Shown piece after piece: positions 10,667 through 24,059 of a stretch of 41,747 nucleotides of DNA; position 1 is the first letter of the stretch; each line of letters starts with the position of its first letter. The position numbers and the translations under genes are program-made. Below the pieces are notes generated by a model. The model saw only the letters and a list, made by a program, of their open reading frames with translations, ran no database searches and was not told the origin of the DNA. Source of the stretch: Guillardia theta CCMP2712 (lineage: Eukaryota > Protista > Cryptophyta); the NCBI RefSeq assembly GCF_000315625.1, contig NW_005434642.1:590196-631942 (forward strand), given 5' to 3'.

Positions 10667-13133
10667 CCTGCAAGCCTGAAGCCGACGGGATGGAGAGTTT
10701 GTACAAGGATCGCAAGGGCTATAATCAGCCATATGAGCTGTGTATGTCGGATGCATTTGTGAAGGAAGCGTGAAAGAATAAGGAATACAGATGATTTGCA
10801 GCAAGGTTGTGCTCCTACTACAAGGCTCAAATAGTCCCAGCCAAGGTGCAGCTCTAGATGGGACCGCCTGCCCGAAGAATTGATTCCTGACCGCCTTTCT
10901 GGGGACTTCGATTCGTCTACTGAGGAAGAAGAGCAGAAGACGAAAGAGAGAAGAGGAGTCGAGGATGTCAGCTCACAGGAGGGACGAAGGCCGGTAGAGG
11001 AGGAGAGCTGCTGCGAGGGGGAGACCGAGCTCCAATCTCCCTCCTCTCACGCAGGATGAACGGGGGCAGGATGGAGCGGGACCTTACTAGACCCTTCAAT
11101 GACAGGGGTGGGGTATTTTACAGGGGGTAGTTACTTCTACTCCAGGGGTACTGACCCATTCTGACCATCCCATCCCAAGCCAGGCACTACCAGGGCTTGC
11201 ACTTCCATCGGTGACCTGCATCATCAAGGCTATGCAATATTCTATTGATGCAAGATTGAGAAATATCATCACTATAGCATGGTTGGGGAAACGTCTTGCT
11301 CTAGTTCAAAACAAACCGAGTTTGAGTAAATCGATAAAGGGAATATGGTGGGTACAGGATCTGTGAGGGGGGTACTGGGTCATTACAGGGGTCCTGGGTC
11401 TGACAGAGACTCTACGTGGGGTGGTACATGACGAAGGCAGGGTGACAGGGAGCAGGGTCCGTGGGATAATGGAGGCTGTGGGGAGCAGGGGGTGGGGGGT
11501 GATGTCTGAAACAAGAGACGTTTATATTACTTCTATTAATATAAATATTTAAATTTATCTTGTCAGGATTACGTTGCAATGACCCTACCAGGTTCTTGTG
11601 TTGGAATATATATTTTTTGTAAGGGGTACCTGCGAAACCATAATTCTTGAATTTCCGTGTTGTTCTGAGAATACATTCCATATATTATTCGCAATCTATC
11701 AATTTTTCCTCAAATGCTTCAAACTATGAAAATATGGTCCTTACCCTACCTCACGTAGTACAGCATGGCATGGCTGACTTTCTAAACACACACATATATT
11801 TAAATTATATATTTTTATGAATTACAATGATTTAAGTGTCCCTTCAATGTGCACCCCTCTTGTCTTCAGTCATCGTACCCACCACTACCTAATTGCGACC
11901 CCATTGCTGCCTTTTTCATCGTCACTCTCTGATCTATTACAGAATTTGATGCCCTCGTTTAAAATGTTTTTCACCTCTGGACTCTACCCCCTATTCTCCA
12001 TCGAAGTACCCTCTCTCTCTGTGGTACCTCTCGCAGTTGAGCAATTTCAATGTTTTCACCACCCCACCCTTAATTTACACCAGGCCTCACAACCCTTTTT
12101 ACGGTGCAAAGGGGGTGGTCTTGCTTGTCTATAGAGTTGGGTGGGGACAGTGTGGGGAAGTGGGGACAGGGTGGGGCTTGGTGGGGATGTGGGATCAAAC
12201 GTGCGAAAACATCTGATTTGGGACTGAGAAGTGGAGGCTAAAGTCGAAACATTGGTTTTTTGCATCGTTTGAAACCACAATATAATACTTTTAAGCACCA
12301 ACCCCACCCCTGATCTCAACAAAAAATCAGTTACTACCCACCCTTCTCAACCACCTGTAAAGGACTATAGGGACACGGGGTCTGGATCAAATAAAACCCA
12401 TTATTCTAAAACTGCTTTTTAGCGGCCGCCGAACCTCAAATGGGTACCCCAGAGGCGTAAAGCACCATGCGAGGAGGCGAAGGCCTAAGGGTCAGGGGCT
12501 GCCCCTATGGTCCTGAGGCGATTCATAGTCTTTTGCTCACCCTCCTACTATAAGGTCTCTTCCTTTTAACCTCAGTGCTCTGACAGCTACCCATGGCCTA
12601 GTGCTCCGGGCCCGGTATTCAAACTGAGGCGAGCTCGCTGATAAAAGCTCAAATGTTTTTTTTTTTTTTGGTTGCCCGACCGCCTGTAGACAACTGCCGT
12701 TGAGCAGCAGCGAGTCTCTAGAGAAGCACGAGCATGACAAGCTTGTTCACGGCACAAGATCTGGGAAGCAAGCACAGAGAAGCTTCAGACAGTAGTGCTG
12801 GTAGGATTGAATAGAAGGTCGAGCAGGATGGCAGGTAGGAGAGCGGGAGGGATGGTGGGTCGGAAAGAAGGTAGGAGGGAGGGTAGAAGGAAGTTCAGAA
12901 AGGGGCCTGCTCGGTTGTGGTGGTGAACATTATTCCTGTTTATACTGCACACACATCAATATTTATTGATAAGTGCCCGCAAGCCATGGCGACAGCTCTT
13001 TCTGGAGTTTTTCTTAAATGATTTCAAATGTCAACCTGTTATCTGTCTGCTATTTGGTAGAACCTAGACTGTGGCATTTTGTTTCCCGTTGCATGATAAT
13101 CTCCTTTGGTAGGAATCGTATCGAACACCAAAT

Positions 13134-13400
13134 ATGCGAGTTTTGCCGACAGTGTTGATTATCTTTGCTTTGCTCTTCAGTGAAGGAAATGCAAATGTGA
13201 TTGAAAGATTGAACATCCAGAACTCATATGGTGAGTCAATGTCGTCCAAGGAAGCTTTCAAAACCATACATAATACCAAAACAAGAAGGTTTGAAGGAAC
13301 CATCGCACTGTTCAAACCATCTTTGAGGCAGGTTGACAGTGCGTTTGTGCACGCCGATAGGAGCAGGAATGTGCGAGAAATCACAAGGTTGGTCTGTAAG
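13134..13400 (+). CDS. Possible first exon of a small secreted protein
   Basis: MRVLPTVLIIFALLFSEGNA resembles a signal peptide, and the frame runs to a GTAAGT donor at 13401. The downstream exon is unclear. Confidence 0.3.
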
Positions 13401-13641
13401 GTAAGTGTGCTCGTTTACTTGCCTTTGTTCGCTGGCTTTCTGTGCCGAGATTGACAATAATTTCACGGGTGCTCCTGACTAACTCTCAAATCAATTCGAT
13501 CTTGCCCTTCAATTTTGATGTAAACTTCCGAATTCAACCATTTTCGCTCGCAAGGGTCACCAAGACACACTCAGTTTGATTTTATTCTTAATCTTATTGA
13601 GAGGGACGCTTGTTCATTATTTACATTAGAGCAGTGCTTTT

Positions 13642-14361
13642 TCAAGCAGTATATTGTCGTTCTCGTTTTTTCCGCCTGTGATCTGCTGAAATTTTCATCG
13701 CCAGCGATATGATTCCCATGGCTACTGACACGAATAGAGCAAATACAATGCCGAAGATCCAAGAGGCAAAGAACTTTCGGCTGCCAGCTATGCATGCTCC
13801 ATTGGGGCAGTAGGTATATCGCTGTCCTGTATTCACCTCGCATGAAATCCCATCATTTACTCCTTCCACGCATTGAAACGAACCTAAGGACCATCCAGAT
13901 CGCCTTGTGATAGAGAATCGCAATCTGCCACCTCGGGCATGCTCAGCTTGATCACCTTCCTGAAGGATTCTCATGCACAGAATGCGATTTCTTCCAGAAA
14001 TCCTGTCGACCAGAGAGCAATTTCCGAAAAAAAATTCTTGATCTGCAATGCTTGCTGCAGAATGGCACGCACAGACATATTCTGTATCCTTGGTGTGGAT
14101 CAGCCTGAAGTCTGGTGGAAAAGAGTGGACAGAACGTTTCTGCAGTCTTTTAAAGGACGAAACATCATGAATTCGTGCTTGAACTTTGGGCAAGGTGGGC
14201 TGCAACACGTCTATGTCAAGTTTTGTTGCCATTCGAGATATCGAATCACCTGTGCCATGGCGGCATTTATCCATTCTATTGAAAAGAATAAGATCAGAGG
14301 CCTCATGTAGTATGGACCTCCAAGCCAGCACTTGATCGATGGGGAAAGTCCATTGATACAT
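13642..14361 (-). CDS. Hypothetical Cys-containing single-pass membrane protein (5' end uncertain)
   Basis: 239-codon open frame in AT-rich DNA. C-terminal TM segment WIFGIVFALFVSVAMGIISLAM is followed by a basic stop-transfer cluster HRRKKRER. Confidence 0.45.
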   Translation of the reverse strand: MYQWTFPIDQVLAWRSILHEASDLILFNRMDKCRHGTGDSISRMATKLDIDVLQPTLPKVQARIHDVSSFKRLQKRSVHSFPPDFRLIHTKDTEYVCACHSAASIADQEFFFGNCSLVDRISGRNRILCMRILQEGDQAEHARGGRLRFSITRRSGWSLGSFQCVEGVNDGISCEVNTGQRYTYCPNGACIAGSRKFFASWIFGIVFALFVSVAMGIISLAMKISADHRRKKRERQYTA

Positions 14362-14640
14362 GCAATCATGACTTTCAGAATGTGAAAATTGGACTGTGGG
14401 AAGTTTTTTGCATTCTTTCTTTCAGGGTTCTTGAAGGAAACCATACTCCTGCTGTTGGGTGCTGCAGCGGTAATGGCAATCAGATAGTTTCATTTCATCT
14501 CTGTGCCATTGATCTTCATCATAACATCAAAAATAAAAAAAAATACCCGTTTCAATTATGTAACGATTTCCATTGGTTTCGCCAGGCCCGGTCATATCCG
14601 GTGGGCTAACGGGGCCCTGCTGCTGCACTGGAATCCTTCC

Positions 14641-14680
14641 TTTACTCAAAGTTAAGTTAAAAATTAGTACGAGGACAATC
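14641..14680 (-). mobile_element. 40-nt solo 3' terminus of family B RLE retroelement, with apparent 8-bp target duplication
   Basis: TTTACTCAAAGTTAAGTTAAAAATTAGTACGAGGACAATC matches 29935-29974 at 39/40. AATCCTTC occurs on both sides (14632-14639 and 14677-14684). Confidence 0.7.
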
Positions 14681-15834
14681 CTTCAGTAGGACAGATGTAA
14701 AACCAACAATATCTTTGTACCAAATATCTTCAATTTGTTTTTAAAACTGTAGGACATTACACTTTTTTACCTGTACCATGTCTTCCTGAACTATTTACTC
14801 ATCGAGGACACGGTACAGAAAGGGACTTCCTCGTGTCAACCGAAGGGGTGGGGGTGGGGTAGGCTGGGAACCAGAGTGGTAACCGTTGCAAGTTCATCAC
14901 TTGAGTAATTATTTGTACCTTGCAGTTTCAAATTCTACCTCTGAGCGGCAGCCATGGACCGGACCTTGGGATAGGCAGGTCCACCCACCCCCTTTCTCGT
15001 TGATCCTCAGAAAAAGGACCCGTTCTGCTGATAATTTTACGACCCCACCCATCACGCACAACGCCCCACTGGAAGGGGCGCTTGAGGGAGTACCCACCTT
15101 GTCAAAGCCCTGAGGATCCCTTTTGCATACAGGGTGGGGAGATATCTGGGGTGGTCAGTGGAATTTTTTTGTGAGTTGAATCACAACTCTGTGAAATATG
15201 ATATGCGGAATTTTCAAATTTAGATGCAGCTTTTGTTGAATATTTCGATTGCTTATGAAAGGCCCACGGGTGGGGTGGTTACGTTTGGGGTAGGGTATTT
15301 TTTTTGCCGCCAATGGCAGATTACGGGCTTTGATTGACAAAGGGTAGGGTGGCTCGCATCCGATGCGCACAGCCAGAAGAAACGGGTCTCGATTGGAATA
15401 GGAGGGGGTGGGGTCCAAAATTCTGCGTGGTGTCGGCCTAGAAAGGAAAGCGCGCTGCCTGGGTGAGGTAGGGTGGTAGTGAAATGTCCTGACCTAGGGT
15501 AGGCTGGAGGACGCGGCAAGCCAGGCGGGTGATTCATTGAAAAAAGAATTTGAATTTCTATGTGCGGGCAACCAAACTTGTGTCAAGAAGAAATGTACAT
15601 AATGTCGTCTATTTGTTCTTTCTTGGCTCCCTGTGTTTGCCGCGTAAAGCCCCACCCCCACAGTTTTTTTTTCCACCGATCACCCCAAGTAATTAAGGTG
15701 ATTGGACAGGTGGGGTGGCGTGATGTGCACCGGTGCTTCAGAGGTTTTGTTAAGGGGTAGGGTATGGTAGGGTAGGAGTGGGGGTGGTTTGAACACAGCA
15801 GAGGAGAGGCGCTCACACCGAGGAATCCCCAGTA

Positions 15835-16557
<723 letters not shown>

Positions 16558-16683
16558 ATCATGTACAGTTACATCTGTAGAATCTTTACACCAATAAGAA
16601 ATGGTGATGGATGCGACCAGTTTGGATGCGTCCCAATTATTTTTTACTCACCGCATTAAAATAATAAACTCTAGTCGTGGCAT

Positions 16684-19602
16684 CTATGTATTCACTGTGA
16701 TGCCCCATCTGCTGGCCTGATGTGTCATGATAGGAAGGGATAATTCGTTGAGGGCAACTTCTAGTTTGGAGATCTTGGCCTGAGAATGCTGCTCAGCATT
16801 TAGCAAATTCGATGTTTTGAGTCTTCTCACAGGAATCGAGCTCGCACATGCATATTCGATCTTGCCGAGCTCTCTAGAAGCCATGACGCTGGACCTGATG
16901 GACTTGACCTGCAAGGGGATGAGGCGGCAAGAGGAGAGGAATGTATCCTTGTCTCACATCTAGCGGAGTGAAATCCCTGAAGCTTGACGCCTGCCGGAGG
17001 CTCGTCAGCCAGTGCTGTTTGAGGGGTCGAGTCTCACCGAGTCTAGTTGCAAGTAGTCTGAATGCTCTCCTGCACTCCCGTCAAGTCTCACCATCTCGTT
17101 GCTGCCGGCGTACCTGAAGGGGTTGATGGAACCTGCCTCCCAGCGTCAGGCCCGAGGAGAAGACGTGCAGCCGTCTCACCTCCTGTGAGTATCTCACATG
17201 CCTCATCAAAGACTCCAGCTCCTGACCTGCCGTTAGCTCCTCCTCTCCTCTCCTCTCCTCTCCTCTCCTCTCCTCTCCTCTCCTCTCCTCTCCTCTCCTC
17301 TCCTCTCCTCCATCACCTCCTTCAAAGACGCGCTGATATTGAAGGCAGGAAGCCATTCCTCGGGGATGCACGCCTGCTCCTCAGGATGGAGCTCGCCTCT
17401 GGGGTAGTTGTTTTCATCCTTGCCGATAGAGGGAGATGAGGTAGCGGAAGACACGCGCTCCCCCGCCTCACTGTCTGCATGCTCCACCTCCAATGTGAGC
17501 TCAGAGATCTGACTGCCGGACCTGGGGAGCGAAGGCAGGGATCCTCTCCTCGACTGGACTACCTCCTCCTTGTCGGCGTCTTGTTCCCTCAGGGCAACAA
17601 CAGCATCGACGAGCTGCATACGATATGCCCATTGCATGGAGAAGCCATGGACGCGCAAGAGGTGGCGCGTGACCGACGCGATGTCGCTGTGCGCGTGCTG
17701 TTCCTTCATGATGTCTTTGAGCCACAGCCGCATGGAGAAGGAGGAGAACTTGTCGCCTGCGGTGACGGGAGCGCAGACGGTCCATTTCTTGTCCTCCCGA
17801 CGCATCAGCCCGCGGAGGAGGCTCATCTCGTGCTTCGCAGCTTGCTCGACGCACTTGAGGAAGTCGGGGAACTGTGCGGTGAGTTCAGAGAAGAAGCTCC
17901 AGCCTATCTCCACCAGCTCCGCGTACGTTGCAGAGAAAGCATCGCATGCTCTCGAGCTCTGCATCAAGCAGCTTGTAGAGCCCAGCAAGTCCCCACGAGC
18001 ATAGCACACGACAGCTCGGGCCATGGAGTACGGCTGAGAGCCTTGGGGGAGCAGCAGCTGCACGTTACCGCTGGCGACTATGAAAAGAGCGGATGTGTCC
18101 TCACCATGGCGGAAGATTCTCTCGCCAGGGACCGTGATGATGACCTTGCAGAAGCTGCCGTAGCGCAACCCCGACGCAATGGTGGTGGCGCACTCCAGCG
18201 AGATGTTCTGAAGCATCCAGCTGCTGCGAAGAAGGGGGAGGATGTGGGCGAGCTCGAGCTCGTCCCCGAGGGACTTCGGGAGGTCGTCGATCTCTGCGAG
18301 CCGCTGGTGGAGCTTTGCGCCGTGTGCCTTGAACTCGAAGAACTTGATGACGCGAAGCTCGAGGTCCTTGGGAAGGCTGAACCTGCGGATGAGGAGGAGG
18401 ACCTGGTCGATATGATCCTCGATCTCGTCGTCCTTGGCGTTCATGGAGGAGACGAGGTTGCTCATGTTGGAGATGATGATGGCGAAGAGCGAGGCCCCGA
18501 TGAGCATTACGAAGATCATGAGGATACGATCGTCATCTTGCTCTGCGCTGATGTCCCCGTACCCAACTGTGCAGAGAGTTGCCATGAGGAAGTAGATGGA
18601 AACGAGGTAGCTTGACTGGATAGTGTCAAGAACATTGTTCTCGGACCGAAAGAGGAGCAGATCCTGCGGCGTCGAGTACTGGACCTTGATGTACCACCAG
18701 CCGCACCCTCCGACATGTGCGATGAGGCAGACGGAGAAAGCACTCTTGAGGATGCGGATCATGTTGGGGCGGACGGCAAAGAAGTCGCGGAGGACGTCGA
18801 AGATCTTCAGAACCTTGAGGAGGCGGAGGAGGCGGAGCATACGGATGAGGCGGAGGTAGCGGATGAAAGGCACGTTCACCCCCTGCTGCTGGTTGCAAGA
18901 GAGGTCAGGCGTGAGGAAGTACTCTAGCCAGGAGATGGGGCAGGCGGAAAGGAGGTCAATAATAAAGTTTCGCCGCACGTAGATGCCTGCGATGGCCCGC
19001 AGGTCAGAGACGTACTCCCCGTTGCGAAACAAGCCAGTGAGAAAATGCACGGGCATCTCCAAGACGAAGAAGAGGTCGACGAAGAGGTCGAATCTGAGGG
19101 TGGGGGGATGCTGGCACCAGCCGTTCTCCTGGTTGTAGAAGGCGATTGAGAGCGGAGTGATGGCCGTGACGTAAATCAGGAGGATGCCGGAGGTGAACTC
19201 CCACGCTTGTGAGAAGGGAGAGTGAGGATGAATCGAGTACGTCTTGGACCCCTCCTGGCTCCCCTCCTCATTGCTGTCGAACAGTGAAGCCAAGTTCATG
19301 GTCCGCCAGGAACGGAACGTTCGCTGGATGAGGGAGAGAGGTTTGAGCCCCTCGGAGTCCCCGAGGCTCACCCTCCTCTGGCTCAACATCCCATGATCCT
19401 CTGCAAGATACCGCAAGTGGATCTTCTTGAAGCTGCCCTTCCGCGCCATTGACCGGAGCGACTGCTGCCTCGGGTTGGAGGAGGACGAGTCGTCGTTGGA
19501 GCCCGGGACTATGGACGTTGTCTTAGACAGTTGCCTCTTGAGGTTGATCTTGCTCATCGTCCTCGACGGCTGCTGCTGTAGCGCATTTTGCATGGCCAAC
19601 AT
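16684..19602 (-). CDS. Voltage-gated K+ channel with cyclic-nucleotide-binding domain (KCNH/HCN/CNG superfamily)
   Basis: IHPHSPFSQAWE pre-S1, S4 IRYLRLIRMLRLLRLLK, filter TLCTVGYGDI, S6, C-linker and CNBD (PGERIFRHGED..LFIVASGNV). The ORF runs into a microsatellite intron near 17310; further exons reach the stop at 16684. Confidence 0.9.
17241..17310. repeat. (CCTCT)n microsatellite, intronic
   Basis: About 14 pentamer units, bounded on the minus strand by a GT donor and ...CTAACGGCAG acceptor. Confidence 0.9.
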
Positions 19603-19807
19603 CCTTGGAGCGGTTCGGTTTGTCGGGAGTCCCAGGAGGTTTCAAACCAGTCCTCGTCGCTACCTTGTCTTGTATCGTATCAAAGTATGTGTGTGAGAAT
19701 ACCTGTCGCTGCCCAAGCCATGATCTATGTCAAATCCATTGAACCTGATAGTAGACTTCCAGCCTTCGTCTGTTCTTCTCCTTCCGGCATCCTTCCCGCT
19801 AAAAAGG

Positions 19808-19890
19808 CTGAGCTGATCTGAGCTTATCTGAGCTTATCTGAGCTTATCTGAGCTGATCTGAGCTGATCTGAGCTGATCTGAGCTGATCTG
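19808..19890. repeat. 10-bp tandem repeat (GCTKATCTGA)n
   Basis: About 8 units directly upstream of the channel gene. Confidence 0.9.
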
Positions 19891-20118
19891 ACCTGTCCCC
19901 TCTACCTCCTACTCCTCTTCTCCTCTCCTATCTTCCCTCATTCACCTCTACTTGGCATCGCCGCATTTACCATAGCTGAGACTAGACCTCACGCGCTAGG
20001 GCCTAGTCATAGGAAGTTTAAAACTTACTAAGACCTCATTCATAGGGACGCTCAGACCCTGAGGTCCTTCTCAAGTTTGACTGCATTCATGATCGCACCC
20101 CTTTGGTCCCCGCCCATT

Positions 20119-20471
20119 GCTCCTGCTCCACCTGCTCCACCTGCTCCACCTGCTCCACCTGCTCCACCTGCTCCACCTGCTCCACCTGCTCCACCTGCTC
20201 CACCTGCTCCACCTGCTCCACCTGCTCCACCTGCTCCACCTGCTCCACCTGCTCCACCTGCTCCACCTGCTCCACCTGCTCCACCTGCTCCACCTGCTCC
20301 ACCTGCTCCACCTGCTCCACCTGCTCCACCTGCTCCACCTGCTCCACCTGCTCCACCTGCTCCACCTGCTCCACCTGCTCCACCTGCTCCACCTGCTCCA
20401 CCTGCTCCACCTGCTCCACCTGCTCCACCTGCTCCACCTGCTCCACCTGCTCCTCCTGCTCCACCTGCTCC
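20119..20471. repeat. 9-bp minisatellite (CCTGCTCCA)n
   Basis: About 39 near-perfect units, open in all six frames. Confidence 0.95.
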
Positions 20472-20634
20472 TTCCACTGCACCCATCCTTCAACCCTCCC
20501 CCATCTCCTGCTTTCGCCCGCACCTTCCGTCTCTCTCCTTCTGCTTTCCTCCCTCTCCTTTCCTCTTCCAATCCATACTCAGATTGTTGATTGCATCGTT
20601 CTCCCAGCTCACAAGTGTCTTTGGTTCTTGTGCC

Positions 20635-21930
20635 ATGGTTGGATATTCTCTTGATGGTTTTCTGCGGCAGATCTAGAAAGCGGGTTGACAATGCTCATGG
20701 CCTCACGGTCGTGTTGGCAGCGAACAATCTAATCAATCGGTAGGAGTTAAGCCTTAGCCTTACCATGTCTAGCGTCGTCATCTCGTAGGTTCAGCTATTT
20801 ACAGCTCCTTTGCCTGACAGTCCTTTGTCTCTAGCGGGTGGCTGTGGAGGAAGAAGACCCGCCTCAAGATCGCTTCTTGGACTAGGTTGGAGCTGATGAA
20901 ACCTCGAGAGTGAACTGAGGGCATGCGGACAGCGTGCAGTGTGTGCTGCGAGAGGACGGGAGCATGCAGCTGACACAGAGGAGATACCTCTCATCGGGTG
21001 AGAGAGCCCTGATGCTCACGGCATGTCAAGTTCTTGAATGTGCTAGCGCAGTCACCAAGAAGATCGACGTCCATTCATTCAGGTGCGCATGGACGAGCCT
21101 GCATGTACCTGCAACTGGGGATGATGTGCATGTTGCGTTGTAGGCTGTTGCAGAGCCCCAGGGACCTCGAGGAAACCGAGCAGACGTTTGGAGACGAGAT
21201 CTTTGTCGTTGCGAATGAGAGAGTGAGCCAAGGAAGAGGAGCGACGACACGCTCTGACGTTGCAACAGAAGCGATATGTATTTCGTACCATGAACTCCGC
21301 GTATAGAGACAACTGGATCTCAGCTATCCAGTGTGTGCTTCAAGGACGGCAGGTCTCGTTCGATCCTGTCTACTCAGCCTTGTCTCCCCGGATGCTGAGT
21401 AAACTGAGGGAATGGGCGGTGAGAGCCAAGGTAGTGATGGGCCCGGGCGCTTGAGGATGCTGATGGTGTGTGCAGATGAATGTCTCCAAGGGAAGAAGAG
21501 AGTATGAATCAGGTCCTGACGCTCCGGGGCAGAGCATCTTGAATTGACGCACGCAACTCTACAGCCTCGTCCCAAGAGCAGCCGCACATCTCAAATCTGA
21601 TCCACCCATCCAAGGTCTCGCTCGCGTTAATGTATGCGCTCAATTGTGTTGGTGACACTATGGGCGAGAAGAAGGGCAGCAGCATGGAAAGAAGCGTCGA
21701 GCATCCCATTGTAGTGTACGAGACCAGAAGTGACTAGAGGACCTTAACTCGTTCTTCACCTCTCTGACTCAATTTGACCAGACGAGGAAGGATCAAGAGA
21801 AGCAAGTCATCTCAGGTGAACATGTACCTCCATGGTGTCATCATGCTTGGATGACTCTGCGTGTGTACCAGCAGCGTCAAGAGTTTCTTGAGTAGAGGTG
21901 ATAGCACCATTCGTCAGATGGTCGAGCTGA
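20635..21930 (+). CDS. Multi-exon PH-domain-containing protein (boundaries uncertain)
   Basis: Exon KRYVFRTMNSAYRDNWISAIQCVLQG matches the PH last strand plus C-terminal Trp helix. Several short GT-AG introns are visible (~20998, ~21083, ~21419). Confidence 0.5.
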
Positions 21931-22124
21931 CAAGAGTGCAGGGACGATGCTGTACCGCAAGAAGGGGACAAGTCGAAACAAGGCAAGGCACTTGGATTGA
22001 GTCAAATGTATTTACAGACGAAAGCTAGATAACCAGAGAGTTCCTAGTGAGGACACACAAACATACACGCTAATTGTAACACTATCATCTATCCCCGTTC
22101 GCTGCCAGGATAGGGTACACACGT

Positions 22125-23108
22125 CTAGAGGTTCCTCATACTCTCAACGTCGAAGATCTTCTGATTTCGAAGAACCAGACACCTTCCGCGTCGGATGGTG
22201 GCAGTTTGCAAGAGGGAGCTGCGTGGAACAGGTCAGAGATAACTTGGAGAGCACAGGGGCAACAGCGCACAGGGTGAGATCATGTTTGCTTCTTCTGTCG
22301 TCCTTGAGAGCCTCCACAAGGTCCTCCACGCTGAACTCGAGCAGGCGGCAGCTAGTCTCACAGATGACATCTGCACTTCTTCTTGGTTGGACGATCTTGT
22401 CGTTTTTGATGTAGCACTCCAGAGCTCCCAGGAAAGACATCTCTCCAAACACGTCTCCTCTGCCGATCTTTCCGACTTCCATGCCGTCAACGTAAGCGGC
22501 AGCTCGTCCATAGTCGACGAGGAACTGAAGCTTGAGTCAGGCACAGCAAGAGAAGGGAGCATGAAGCTACCAGTGAAGCTCCGAAAGTGCCGCTCTTTAT
22601 CACCATCTCTCCAGCCCGAAAGCACTTGGTGGTCATCCTTGATACGCATGCCTTGATCTGCTCGTCTGGGATGGTTCTGAACATTTTGAACTTCTTGCTC
22701 TCCGTGTAGATCAGATGAATATTCCCCTTGTGCTGCTCATCGCCTTCCTGTGACACTTTTTGTGAGCGAAGCAAGAAGGAGGTACAAGTGAGCAAGGACA
22801 AGGGATCATGGAGGAGGCAGAAGTATAGGGCAGGCATCAACCTCGTTGAAGAATCTAACTTTCTTCTTCCCGTTGGAGTTGGTTGAGGCTGGTGCGGAAG
22901 CTGTCCTCGACTCACAGAAGGGAATGTTTCTTGCCAGCTGCGGCTGGTTGCTTCCCTCTGAGCGGCATCTCAGGATCGTTCGTTCCTCTATGTCTCTATC
23001 TCCTTGGCACATTTTGAGGCACAGGTGCAAGAAGTTATTCGCCCTTTGCTCTAGGTCTGGATTGGAATCGCAATGGCTGCCTTGTTGCATCGTGGCTGAC
23101 GAGTTCAT
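22125..23108 (-). CDS. Stand-alone cyclic-nucleotide-binding domain protein
   Basis: Spliced frame ...MTTKCFRAGEMVIKSGTFGASL|FLVDYGRAAAYVDGMEVGKIGRGDVFGEMSFLG...PRRSADVICETSCRLLEFS has an intact FGE...R-x-A phosphate-binding cassette. Confidence 0.8.
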
Positions 23109-24059
23109 TGTCAAGTCGATCCCGTAACCAGCTATTTGCAAGCTATTCCTTCGACAACTTTTTCACTTCTTGGAGTATTTTGCAGCAAAAACTTCTTCGT
23201 TTCAAAGCTTGTTGAACTTCAGCAGAAATCAGAGAGCCAGGGAAGAGGAGGGAGATTGAGGGCCAGTAGAAACAACGTGACTGAAGGAAGGGAGGCACCT
23301 TGTGTAGGGAGGAAGGGGAGTGGGGAAGGGGAGGGAGCGAGAGATTGCGAGGAGAGGAAGGGCGGGTCGCAGTATAGATAGGAGATGGGGGCTGACCCCG
23401 AATTCTTGAGATTGGGGGGTGATATTGCAGTAAAATAGAAAAATTTGGAAAGGTATCGCAAGCTATTTTGAAATTTCATAATATCATTTGGTCATTTTTA
23501 GTAAAGAATCAGCATGCAGTCAATTCTTGGTTTTATTTCTCTGCCTGCTGGTTTTGCTTCTAGTCATGAACTTTCGAGGTCAGAAACGACGGGTAGGGTA
23601 CACCTATGTACCCGTCATATCGACTGGAAAATAACCGGTACTCATTCAAATTGGATGGGTGCGATGGCAATTAAATAACGGAAATCGTGAAACGTTGTTG
23701 AATGTCAACGATTCATATGGATAACACAATACGTTAACCACAAGGAGCAAATCTGGGCCAGACCAGTCCGCCTCAGCGACTTTTCATTTGATGAGGCGTC
23801 CCCACCCTACCGTTTTCAGCATACACCCCTACTCACCCCATAAATTCCTCAGCAAGGTACCCGTCCATTTATACCTCGAAGCTACCATGACCCTCATCTT
23901 ACATCCCGAATCCAACGACACCGGGCGTGAACACCCCAATATGCTACCTAGAGCAGTCGTAATTTGCAACGTTTCATTTGTTCGGCGCGGTACATTCCCC
24001 CGGTGCCCCTACACCTGAGGCTCTTCATTCCCTCTACTGCCGCATGGTACGCCGGTCAT

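Noticed and set aside
10840-11060. Acidic open frame divergent from the SRPBCC gene
   Set aside because: No convincing start or splice path.
17479-18615. 378-aa plus-strand ORF
   Set aside because: Antisense shadow of the GC-rich channel CDS.
20052-20691. Poly-PPA/GGA/EQV/SRW ORFs
   Set aside because: Artefacts of a stop-free 9-bp minisatellite with no synonymous variation.
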